Shown here: piece by piece, positions 1 through 9,600 of the stretch
Position numbering within the stretch: the first letter of the stretch is position 1
How the letters are laid out: the number at the start of each line of letters is the position of its first letter
Virus record (IMG/VR): IMGVR_UViG_3300045256_000188
Location: 19,426-83,425 of that record
DNA: 64,000 nucleotides
Direction: 5' to 3' (one strand)
DNA from: a virus
Position numbers and translations under genes: made by a program
Notes under the pieces: model-generated
Seen by the model: the letters and a program-made list of their open reading frames with translations, nothing else
Database searches by the model: none
Told to the model about the DNA's origin: nothing

Positions 1-258
1 CGACTGACGCTGGAGATGAGCATCGATCGCAGCACTCTTCGTCTCCAGGAAGACCTGGAGCCGGCGGGCCAGTTCCCGCTTGTGGGCTTCCGTTTCCTCA
101 ATGCAGACCTTCTTGGCCTGCTCCACCTTTGCGGTGTAATCCGCCTCATACTGCTCACGGATGGTGGTCTTGTACTGCTCCAGGGACTCGCCGATTGAAG
201 CGACGAGTTCCGCTTTGCAGCCCGCCTTGGTCAGCAGGTCCAAGATCTTCTGGCTCAT
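1..258 (-). CDS. Prohead scaffolding/core protein (T4 gp22-like), 5' part; runs off the window edge
   Basis: Manual translation: MSQKILDLLTKAGCKAELVASIGESLEQYKTTIREQYEADYTAKVEQAKKVCIEETEAHKRELARRLQVFLE. GGAGGAG RBS, coiled-coil and Glu-rich, and downstream of the protease as in T4 gene order. Confidence 0.6.
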   Translation of the reverse strand, partial: MSQKILDLLTKAGCKAELVASIGESLEQYKTTIREQYEADYTAKVEQAKKVCIEETEAHKRELARRLQVFLETKSAAIDAHLQRQS

Positions 259-833
259 GATCAAGACTCCTCCGCGAGCAGTTCGAGGTATATTTGCGTG
301 AGGTCAGTTAGTTTAGGATGTACTTCGCGAGTATCCCCGCCAGACACCCTTTACCATCCACGGAGGTCAACGCCTCATAATGGATTTTTGACGACAACCC
401 CCAATTTCTTCAGCACACCAGCCAGCCGACGATCGAACCACTCAGAATGCGGAGCCCACCACTTCTGGGCCTCCCGGGTGTTCGCCGATGATCTTGCAAG
501 CAGCTACACCTGATGCTTGGTAAGGAGAAGCAGGACGCGATGAAGAAGTTGGGCGGTGGGAAGCCGCATCCGATGCAGACGGCGATGGGTTAGTGAGTGG
601 TGTTCTCGTCGCCGTAGCACATCCGCCCTTGTGTGGTGTAGATGAACGCCACCGAACCCGGCTTCAGGAACAGAGAATCCGGGTTCTGGTAGTCCCGATG
701 GTGCCCCGCCAGTTCGTTTTCGTTCGGCTTCTCGGCATTTGACCCAGAAGACGATGGGATTTGTCAGTCAGGATTCGGAATTGCCCGGAGAGGACGTACC
801 CGGCTTTCCCGAATTTGGCGAAGAGAGCCCATA

Positions 834-2789
834 TTAGCTCCGACGAGATGGCAGCCGGACGGGAACAGTCACCTTCTTGCGGTCCAACCCGAAATAGCCG
901 TTGATCTCCTTGACGAGAAGGTCGTTGTAGACATCCTCGCTGAAGAGCTTCTTCTGCTGAACGATTGGCTTGATCCGCCGGTTAAGTCCTTCCTGAATGT
1001 TCAGGATGGCCCCATGCACCGACGGCTCCGCCACCACATCCCAGGTCACGAAAGTGTAACCCGGCATGACCCGGTAGACGTCCCGACCCTTGTGCTCCAT
1101 CACTTCCATGTCGCCCACGCCGCGGGACGAGATACCGACGCGAACCTTGTGCTCGAACAGACCACGAAGCATCGCCCCACATGGCAGCTTGTGGAGCACT
1201 TCGGCTTCGCCATACACCTTCTTCCCCTCCAACCACACCTTGGTCATCAGGTGGGACAGGCGGTCGAGGTGAATCTTGGCATCGGAGTTACCGGTCCAGA
1301 ATGAACAACCACCGGTTTCCATATAGAAATTGCCGTGGTCCACCGAAACGCAATAAATCCGACCGGTATGGTGGATCTTCTCGATGATAGTAAACCGCGG
1401 ATCTAGACAAACCGATCGCGTCCGCGACACATGAAGCTGATGAAGGGTCCGCTTGTCAACAGCCCGAATGGCTCGGCCGGCGAACATATAATCATTGCTC
1501 GGCTCAACCTTCGACAGCCGGCCGGCACCACCAACTTTGACCAAGCACTCATGCAGGTCCCGAATCAGTCGTTCGGACACGCTGGACACAGCCAGCCTGC
1601 TGTACACCCCTAAATCGAGTTTCTGGACCACAGCGGCGTCAGTCTTGACACTTAGCGAGCGGGAATGACGATCCTCGGCCCGTAGCATCCGACCGTCGCC
1701 AATCGCGAAAGAGTAGATCAGAGCTTCAAGACAATCATCCGACAACGACTTGATATCTTCGGGAATGAATTTATCGGCAACGCCACCTAGACGGCGTAGC
1801 CAATTCGCCAGCCGTGCATCGTTCGTGAGGAACCCGCGTTTGCAGGGGGTCCACTGCAGTTCATTTGACACCCCATCTAGAATTTCAGACACCAATTTGC
1901 GACCATGTGGCGTCTTTTGAGCAATACAAACCCCATTACGACCATTCAGATTGCCCTTGGATAGATAAAGACCCAACAACAGACAGAATTGCCTTGCGTC
2001 CATTACCAGAGGGTTGACGAGATGTGGCTTCTTGAGTTTAAAGGCGTAGGCAGCTTCTACACCAGGGATAGTGTACAAAGATGACTGTGCCACTTTCCTA
2101 CTAGCGGTCTTTGGGATGCGATAATGAGCGTAGCGTTTCCGGTTTAAGTATACGTCCTCGATGGTGGCGTAGATCTGGTGGCCGTGGCGGTCCTCCAGAA
2201 GCAGTCGATGTCCCGGCGTATACGAATCGCTGATGTTGGCGTTATGAATCCTATATGCAGGACCATCGTACGGCTCGTCGATTATCGCGTTGACCCGCGA
2301 TTCCACGAACGAACCGGCGACCCGCGACCAAATCCGGTCACCCACCCGAACTTCTCGGAACTCCTTCCATCCGGAGGTGGTCATCAAACGGAAGTTTGTA
2401 TCCAATCGGCAAGGGTGGTCAAATTCACCGGGGACAGCACGAGCCGCCACATCCTCCTGGATATTGCGGACCGCAGGGATCAGCACATCCTGAGTGCCGT
2501 AGAACCGGCCGTTGGCGTTCTCGACGTCACCGTTCTGGATCAGCCCGCTGATCTTCATGATCGGCTCTTCCCGGCCACCGACCCCCTCGCAGATGGACTG
2601 CTTGATGTCCATCACTTCGAATGGGAAAGTGTCCCGGATTAGCTGCATCCCAGCGGGAATGACGCCAGTCTCGGCGATCAACGCACGGTTGATCACACCC
2701 GACTGGAGCCGGGTGTTCTTGTCTTCGGAGAGAACGCCCTGGCGAACTAGGCCGGGGCTGATTCCCATTACGCGACGGCTAGGTAACAT
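834..2789 (-). CDS. Prohead protease (T4 gp21-like) with one intein; about 276 aa after splicing
   Basis: Motifs NANGRFY, GEFDHP, SHLMTKVW, GISSRGVG, TWDVVAEPS; AAGGAG RBS. Confidence 0.92.
   Translation of the reverse strand: MLPSRRVMGISPGLVRQGVLSEDKNTRLQSGVINRALIAETGVIPAGMQLIRDTFPFEVMDIKQSICEGVGGREEPIMKISGLIQNGDVENANGRFYGTQDVLIPAVRNIQEDVAARAVPGEFDHPCRLDTNFRLMTTSGWKEFREVRVGDRIWSRVAGSFVESRVNAIIDEPYDGPAYRIHNANISDSYTPGHRLLLEDRHGHQIYATIEDVYLNRKRYAHYRIPKTASRKVAQSSLYTIPGVEAAYAFKLKKPHLVNPLVMDARQFCLLLGLYLSKGNLNGRNGVCIAQKTPHGRKLVSEILDGVSNELQWTPCKRGFLTNDARLANWLRRLGGVADKFIPEDIKSLSDDCLEALIYSFAIGDGRMLRAEDRHSRSLSVKTDAAVVQKLDLGVYSRLAVSSVSERLIRDLHECLVKVGGAGRLSKVEPSNDYMFAGRAIRAVDKRTLHQLHVSRTRSVCLDPRFTIIEKIHHTGRIYCVSVDHGNFYMETGGCSFWTGNSDAKIHLDRLSHLMTKVWLEGKKVYGEAEVLHKLPCGAMLRGLFEHKVRVGISSRGVGDMEVMEHKGRDVYRVMPGYTFVTWDVVAEPSVHGAILNIQEGLNRRIKPIVQQKKLFSEDVYNDLLVKEINGYFGLDRKKVTVPVRLPSRRS
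1287..2411 (-). mobile_element. Intein in prohead protease (375 aa, LAGLIDADG type)
   Basis: GEFDHP|CRLDTNFRLMTTSGW ... TPGHR ... LLGLYLSKG ... IYCVSV ... FWTGN|S. Confidence 0.92.
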
Positions 2790-2802
2790 TGCGACTCTCC
2801 TT

Positions 2803-3155
2803 GTGAACTACCCTACCCTCTGCTCGCTCTCGCTCACAGAGAGGTGGTGGCTTCGGGTTTCACTGAGAACTGCTTCCTTGCGGAAGGCTGACGCTTCTCT
2901 CCACCCGCTAACCCCGTAGTTCCTACGGTTCTTTTTCCTTCCATCAAGATGTTCTTCGCCGCGTTAAAGTCCCTGTCATGCTCCACCCGACATCCCGGAC
3001 ACACCCAAGACCGGTCGGACAAAGTGAGGGGCTCGTTGACGAAACCACCTTTTCGCTCGCTCTCTGGACTTCGACCCCTTCACCTTCCGGGACAACTCCC
3101 GATGCAGGCGCTTCAACCGCCGCTCCAACGTCCTGTACGGCTTGATGGCGGGCCA
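2803..3155 (-). mobile_element. tnpB: Internally deleted IS200/IS605-family tnpB remnant with right end
   Basis: Fragment RRLKRLHRELSRKVKGSKSR, then in another frame GFVNEPLTLSDRSWVCPGCRVEHDRDFNAAKNIL; ends GGGTAGTTCAC. Confidence 0.8.
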
Positions 3156-3161
3156 GGAAGG

Positions 3162-6100
3162 TTACTCGTCAGAGCCCTTCTTGGCGACTGGAGGGTTGGT
3201 GCCGCTGCCGTCATCGACCTTCAGATCCGGCCCGATACCATCGAGCTTGTCATCGGTCTTGCCGGGCACCTTCACGTCCGGCATCTTCCTCTTGTTGTCC
3301 TTCAGCGGGGCCGTGTACTTCGAAGAGGCCGGGGACGTCATGTCCTTGTCTTCGAAGTGAACCCTGTCATCTTCCGAGCCAGCGGGAGCGGGCTTGGCGG
3401 CCGGCTTCTCGGCCGGGGCCGCGGGCTTGGTAGGAGCGGGTTCCATCGCACCGCCCTGGGCCTCGAAGTCCGGCATTGCCTCTTCGCCAGCACCACCGTT
3501 CGGGTCGAGGCCATCCTCCCCGCCACCGGTCTGAGCCTGGGCCGGTTCCGAACCCGCGGCAGCCGGGTCAGTCGCATCCACCGGAGCCATACCATCGTCG
3601 GCACCGGCATCCATCCCGCCACCGGCGGTGTCAAGGCCACCATCACCGCCACCCTGGTCAGCCAGTTCCTGAACTTCGACGTCCGGGGTTACCTCCACCG
3701 ACAGCGAGCCGTCCGGCCCGGCGGTGATCTTGGCGACAGCCTCCTCCAGAGCCCGGTCCTCAGCGTCCGAGATCGGCCGGAGTTGCTCCAGGGAGTTGGC
3801 CAGCCAGCCCACGAACCGGGAGCCATCACCCTCGGTCATGTTGGCCGCGGCGAAAGCGTCCTCGACCAGGTCCTGCGGCACTGGGATCTCGACCGCCCCG
3901 TCTTCCGACAGGATGACCGGCTCCAATCCGGTGTCACCACCGTGATCGAAGATGAACTTCACCCCGGCCATCTCACCCAAGACAGCATCATCCTGCGAAA
4001 CCCCCCAGATGATACCCTCGGCGACAGCCCGCTTCACGTTGATGCGGCCCTCGTTCGTGGAGCCACCTGCCCGGCTGGGCTTCGGAACCTCACGTTCCAG
4101 GTTGGACCGGGCGAAGCCGCGGGGCCGACGGACCGGGATCTTGTACTGATCCTCGTCCACGCACCCGTCGTCCTCGTGCTCGTCGTCCTCGTGCTCGTCG
4201 TCCTCGTGCTCGTCGTCCTTCTTCTTGTCCTTCTTGAGCCAGGGCTTCTCCCACTCCTCAGAAAAGGCGTTGACAACCTGTTCGAGAGCCTTGGGCATCT
4301 TCCCTTCGGGAATCCGCAGGCCAATGGCCTTGATACTGGCCCTGGCCATGTTCTCCAGGTTCTCGCCCAGGGCCTTGCCGACGAGCTTGTGCTCGGTGGC
4401 CAGACGCCGCATGATGCGGATGATCTTGTCGAGGTCGCCCTCGTCGGTGATCACCGGGGCACCGTAATCGGTGAACCGCAGCCCTTCGTTGACGATGAAT
4501 TCGCCCTTCTTCACGGCGTAGGGGTCCGAGTTTTCGGCTAGGAAGTCGCCGTCCCGTTCCAGACCCTGCATCAGCGGCTGAGCACGGGGAGCCAAAGGAG
4601 CCCCGCCTGGGGCCGGAGGAGCCCCGCCGGGAGCCGGAGGAGCCCCGCCGGGAGCGGGAGCACCACCCGGAGGCGGCGGAGCCCCGCCACCGCCGCCCAG
4701 AAGGGCGTCGAGTTCCGGATCGCCCGCACCACCCGCGGCCGGGTCCCCACCCGGCGGCGGAGCACCGCCAGCAGCGGCTGGATCGCCACCCGCGGCGGAT
4801 GTACCACCGATCTGGATGAGCGGACTGTTGATGTTGATGACCGGGGCACCCTGCCCGCCGCCACCTATATCGATTGCCCCGCCACCCGGAGCCATCGGGT
4901 CCATGCCTTCCATGTCGCCCGGTATCTGATCGAAGTTGCCCATCGTCTCGGCCGCCCCCAACTCCTCCTGGATGGTGGCGATGAGGTCTTCGGCCTCGTA
5001 GATGGCAGCGTCGTCAAAGTTCCGCTGCTTGAGCCGGTTGATGAGCCCGTTCAGCTTGGACGACAGTTCGTGAGACTCCTTGATCTTCGGGGTCTTGTTT
5101 CGCAGCACGTCCAGGGTCGTGGCCAGGGCTTCAGCCGCCACTTCCCGGTTACTGATGGCCTCGAAGATGAGGGTTAGAAACTTGTTGTAGGTCGCCTCAA
5201 AGTTCTTGGCGTTCTCCAGTATGTTGACGTTCTCGGCGAGCACCGGGTGTTCGGACTTACGAGCGATGTTCTTCCACTCCTCGACGATCTTGGCCTTGTT
5301 GACCTTGATGTTGGTGCGGTAGAACAGAGTCGCCGTGTCGTCGCACAGTTGCTGGTTGAAGACGGCCTTGGCTGCCAGAGCGTTCTCGACCAGGGTCTGC
5401 GTCTGGCTGCGGGTCAGGAGAGTGAATTCCTCCATCTCATCCAGGAACCCGGCGAGCCCCTTGACGGCTTCTTCAATCTTGTTCTCGGAGATAAGCTTAG
5501 CTGCAGTGTAGATCCGGTCCTGGAACCCCTGGCTCCAGTAGGCGTTCTTGGCCGACTCCAGCATTCGCCGGGCGACGAGCTTGCGTGCGGCCCACTTGGT
5601 CACAGGTAGCTTGACCTGCTCTTCACCGAAGGAGGCAGAGGTGACGTGGCCGTTCTCGACAATCACTCGGTCACGGAGAGACTCCACGATGGCGCTGACC
5701 AACCGGTCTTTCACGTCCTCGCCGATCTCGTCGCCCTTGCTGATGGTGATGCGCCGCAGCACCCCATCCTTGCACTTGACCATGCCGGATTCGGGGACGA
5801 CGCGAGAGGAGAACCGCTGGCTCTTAAGCCGGTTGAAAGCGGTCGCCATCTCCTTCTGGTCATTGGCTTCCAGAGCGTTGATGAGCCGCAAGGCACTCTC
5901 ACTGAAGAGTTCCTGCTTCTCACCCTCCACCACCACGACCGGTCGGATGTTGGTGATGTTCACCTTCCCGTGGTCCCGGCTGTGCTCGGCCACGTAGTAG
6001 GTGTGGGTATCCTGGTCCTCAATGAACAGTTCCTTGGCATGAAGGGCAGCTAGACGCCAGTCCTTACCGGCTTGAGCACCCATTTCCCGGACACGCTCTT

Positions 6101-6191
6101 CAAAGAACGCGACCTTGGCCTGAGCGGAATCGTTTAGGTGACCAAGAAATTTGCGGCTGTCCATGATAACCGCTGCAACCGACTTGCTCAT
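3162..6191 (-). CDS. Large acidic prohead core/scaffold-like protein (1009 aa)
   Basis: Lies between portal and protease; very acidic; G/P/A low-complexity linkers; many hydrophobic-X-E motifs. Confidence 0.55.
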   Translation of the reverse strand: MSKSVAAVIMDSRKFLGHLNDSAQAKVAFFEERVREMGAQAGKDWRLAALHAKELFIEDQDTHTYYVAEHSRDHGKVNITNIRPVVVVEGEKQELFSESALRLINALEANDQKEMATAFNRLKSQRFSSRVVPESGMVKCKDGVLRRITISKGDEIGEDVKDRLVSAIVESLRDRVIVENGHVTSASFGEEQVKLPVTKWAARKLVARRMLESAKNAYWSQGFQDRIYTAAKLISENKIEEAVKGLAGFLDEMEEFTLLTRSQTQTLVENALAAKAVFNQQLCDDTATLFYRTNIKVNKAKIVEEWKNIARKSEHPVLAENVNILENAKNFEATYNKFLTLIFEAISNREVAAEALATTLDVLRNKTPKIKESHELSSKLNGLINRLKQRNFDDAAIYEAEDLIATIQEELGAAETMGNFDQIPGDMEGMDPMAPGGGAIDIGGGGQGAPVININSPLIQIGGTSAAGGDPAAAGGAPPPGGDPAAGGAGDPELDALLGGGGGAPPPPGGAPAPGGAPPAPGGAPPAPGGAPLAPRAQPLMQGLERDGDFLAENSDPYAVKKGEFIVNEGLRFTDYGAPVITDEGDLDKIIRIMRRLATEHKLVGKALGENLENMARASIKAIGLRIPEGKMPKALEQVVNAFSEEWEKPWLKKDKKKDDEHEDDEHEDDEHEDDGCVDEDQYKIPVRRPRGFARSNLEREVPKPSRAGGSTNEGRINVKRAVAEGIIWGVSQDDAVLGEMAGVKFIFDHGGDTGLEPVILSEDGAVEIPVPQDLVEDAFAAANMTEGDGSRFVGWLANSLEQLRPISDAEDRALEEAVAKITAGPDGSLSVEVTPDVEVQELADQGGGDGGLDTAGGGMDAGADDGMAPVDATDPAAAGSEPAQAQTGGGEDGLDPNGGAGEEAMPDFEAQGGAMEPAPTKPAAPAEKPAAKPAPAGSEDDRVHFEDKDMTSPASSKYTAPLKDNKRKMPDVKVPGKTDDKLDGIGPDLKVDDGSGTNPPVAKKGSDE
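4168..4216 (-). repeat. 15-bp tandem repeat encoding (DDEHE)x3
   Basis: tcgtcctcgtgctcg repeated three times inside the CDS. Confidence 0.8.
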
Positions 6192-6200
6192 GATGACCTC

Positions 6201-6574
6201 TTAACGGGTGGCTTCCTGAACGCCGTTGTCTGCCCTTTGGTTACCCCGCTCTCCCCAATGGAGTTTGCGGTGGCAATTAGAACAGAGTTGTCGGCACTTC
6301 TTAATTTCACCAGTAATCCGCTCCATACTGTAGCGTTTGCGAACAGCTACAGAGATGGAGAACTCCTTGACTTGCGGATCGGTATGGTGGAAGTCAATCA
6401 CCGCCGGGTGATCTTCTCCGCAGGCATCACAGGCCAACTCGATCCCTTGAGTGGCCAAACAAACGAAAATTTTTTGCAAGTAGTCTGCAATCCATCGTAA
6501 CGGCTTCAATTACTCGCAAAACACGACCTATCGAGACAACTATCACAATCGGGGCAGTGCTTCTCGTCCGGCAT
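6201..6574 (-). pseudogene. Small HNH endonuclease, apparently frameshifted or degraded at the 5' end
   Basis: CDACGEDHPAVIDFHH ... CRQLCSNCHRKLH; the upstream piece MPDEKHCPDCDSC is in another frame. Confidence 0.7.
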
Positions 6575-6611
6575 CAGCACACCCTCCATTACTAATTTTG
6601 ACAAAGGTGGC

Positions 6612-9600
6612 TTACAAGCCACTCACCGCCACCGGTAAGTCGGACTCCGTTATCTCTTCCGAGTCAGACTCCTCAGGCAGATCATGACCCACGGTGATGA
6701 CGTTGTAGACTTCCCGAATTACCTCATCCCGGATGTCCTTAGGTACTGACCACTCGACGAGAAGCCCAGGGTCCTCGCTTGGATCGTACAACAACGGAAC
6801 CTCAAGCCCCTCGGACATCACGATCTGGTTGGGCGTAGGTTTGCCCCTACACAGCCCATCCAACTCCTTGCTCTCCAGCACGGCCTGGAAACCGCTGGTA
6901 AACTCACGGTCCTCCGCAAACAGAGGCTTACCCAACCGATCAGCCCACTTGCGGACCAAGGACATCGCCTTGTTGCGTTGACCACTCTTCTTATACTCAG
7001 CCAGGAGACGCTTATCAGCCTCCCAGTCGAAGCCCGGCAGCTTCGATTCAGGGATAGCGTTGGGGTCGGTCATCGCCGCAGCTTCCGCCCCCGCCGCAGC
7101 AGGGTCAGGAGGAGCCCCACCAGCAGCAGGATCACCACCAGCAGCAGGATCACCACCAGCCGCAGGATCAGCGGGAACATCCAAGCCACCACCCCCACCA
7201 CCCCCACCACCCCCACCACCCCCACCAGCAGCATCCCCACCGCCACTAACTGCCTCAGCGGTCATCTCCTTAAGTTCTTCGATCTCGTCCGGAGACAGAT
7301 CGGTGAAGTTGGTGACAATCCACTCCTTCGGGAACCAGCCCAGAGCTTGCAGGTCGGTCATCACACCCACCCGCGTCTGCCACGTCTCGATCCGGTACAA
7401 TTCCTCCATCGCAGAAGTAGCGGTCAGAGCGATCTCGAATCCCTTCAGATCCTCGACCGGATAACCACGCAAAGCGAGGTGGATGATGGCCACTTTGGTC
7501 AGACCGGTAGCCACCTCCCGTTGAACCCACTGCACCGACTTGGCGAACTCCGAATGCGACTGGCTGAGCGACTTCTCGCTCGCTTCCCCACTGCCCTCCC
7601 CGATACCCACACGAGAGAAGGGGATCTTCATGGGGGCGATCATCTTCTTCTTGAAGTATTCGATATCAGCGATCTTGTCCACGTTCTCGCCACCCGGCAG
7701 CACATCCACGTCCGGACCAGTGCCGTCAGGACGACGCGGCAAGAAGAAATCGTCTTCTTGGATAAGCGGCGAGTACCGCTCGTCGAAACTCCCTGTCGAA
7801 GGGTTGTAGAACCGCTGCCGCTTGAAGTTGCGGGCGATCATCTGCATATATTCAGGCACTTCCTTCGGCGGAATCAAGCCAACCGGGATAGTGAACTTCC
7901 GCTTTTCAGGCGCGCGGGTATTCGCTTGCACATTACCATTGGAGATGAAATTATGGACCTCATCCTCAACAGTAATATCATAGACTAGATCATCACCTAC
8001 CTCCTCTACTCCCAAGATGGCCTCGGAAGCGTTCGAATGCCTCTCACCAGCCCTCACGATATAATCAGGATCTGGCAATTGTCTCTTGGTAAAGTAGAGA
8101 GACCAACCAACGGTGTCCGGCATAACTCTGCCGGGCTCTATCTCGTGACCGCCACTTCGTTCATGCTTCCGCACTAGGCCAACATCCCAGCCCAGGCGAT
8201 GACAAAGTTCCTTGAGGTCCCTCAGCAGCAGCTCGTTGCAGCAATCAACCTCGCAAGACTCGGTATTACCGCCCTCGAACAGTCGGCGATGGCCGTCAGC
8301 ATCAATATAGCCGTCAATGAACGCTTCCTGCACCGAGCGAGGCGACTGGAACACCCACGCCGGAATCCGCTTGTTAGCCGCCCCAGAAATGAAACCATTG
8401 TCAAGCATGAAATCATGCAACGGCTTTGAATTAATCGAAAACGAACCGAGCCTCCCACCAGAATCACCGGAAAAAGTAAGCTGGCCAACAAACGACGCAA
8501 ACAACTTAGCATAATAATCATTGGTGTGGGCATCAGCACCAATAGCAAACCCAACCTGTCTGGTTACGCTGCCAGGACGATTCCGATGTGGCCTCGCCGA
8601 CACGAAGCCGTCACCGACCATGAACCCGAACCACCTAGCAAAGTCTTCGGTAGCCACTTCAGGAATTGTGAAGGCTCTGCTGGCTGATTCGCGACCGCCA
8701 GCGGCCAACGACGACCGATCGAGTGGCACATACTCAGTGTGTTTCACCTGCGGCAGCAAGAAGCGATGATGGCTAGCGATGCCGTTACGCTTAACGATCA
8801 AGTCTTTGACATCAACGTATTCCAAACGAGCTGGGCGGTCCTTGTCTCGTTTATTCGAATAGGACGTCTCGACAAGGATCGGGTGGGTAGCATTACAAAA
8901 GATCTCCCGATGTTGTGAGTAGACGCGATAGATGACGTCCCGCCCATTGCATTGCCAGTCAATTACTTTAGTGACTTTGGGCTGGCCGTCCTTGAAGCAG
9001 TAAACCTCGTCGCCGACCTTGAGATCCTTAATGGGGGTGTGGCCGGTAGGCGTCCACACCAGAGTATCACCCCTAAGGCAGATCCTATAGATAAGAGCAG
9101 CATCCTCCATGAGACGTAACTGCTTAAACGCCTTGCGGCCACCATCAAGAATTGAGTTGTGAACGACAACACCATTGGCGTTGAAATTGTGGAAGCAAGA
9201 GGCGACTTGGATGTCACCGACCTCCAGACGACCGGCACTCTCAGCGCGGACGACATCCTCGGCCATATACGAGTTGGCGTCATCATACTCCGGGTCATGG
9301 ACTACGATCTTGCTACCTGGAACGACGTATTTAGCCGGCACATACCGGCGGAATAACTTGCCGCCAGCCCCGCCCATAACAGCCAAGATCGGGTGATCTT
9401 CACTGACCTCTATAGTCCGATACTTCGTGGTTATCCTCAACCCCGGCTTATAACCGCTGCAAACGGTCTGCCGGACTGTCGTGGCCCTGGGTGTGAGCCC
9501 ATCAAACGAGTAAACGACGTCGCCGCGTGTGAGATCCCGTAGTTGCTTGTACCCACCCGGTACCAGGATGGGTGTACGCATATCGCAACACCGCCCATAC

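Noticed and set aside
2949-4541. 530-aa plus-strand ORF and similar long antisense ORFs (6978-7988, 18211-19086, 25346-26155, 33530-34486, 58744-59925)
   Set aside because: Shadow frames of GC3-rich minus-strand genes with no recognisable motifs, unlike 21906-22886, which has domain motifs and an RBS
7080-7250. GC-rich short repeats here and at 4590-4800 as a possible CRISPR or non-coding array
   Set aside because: They encode Gly/Pro/Ala linkers in frame and show no repeat-spacer structure
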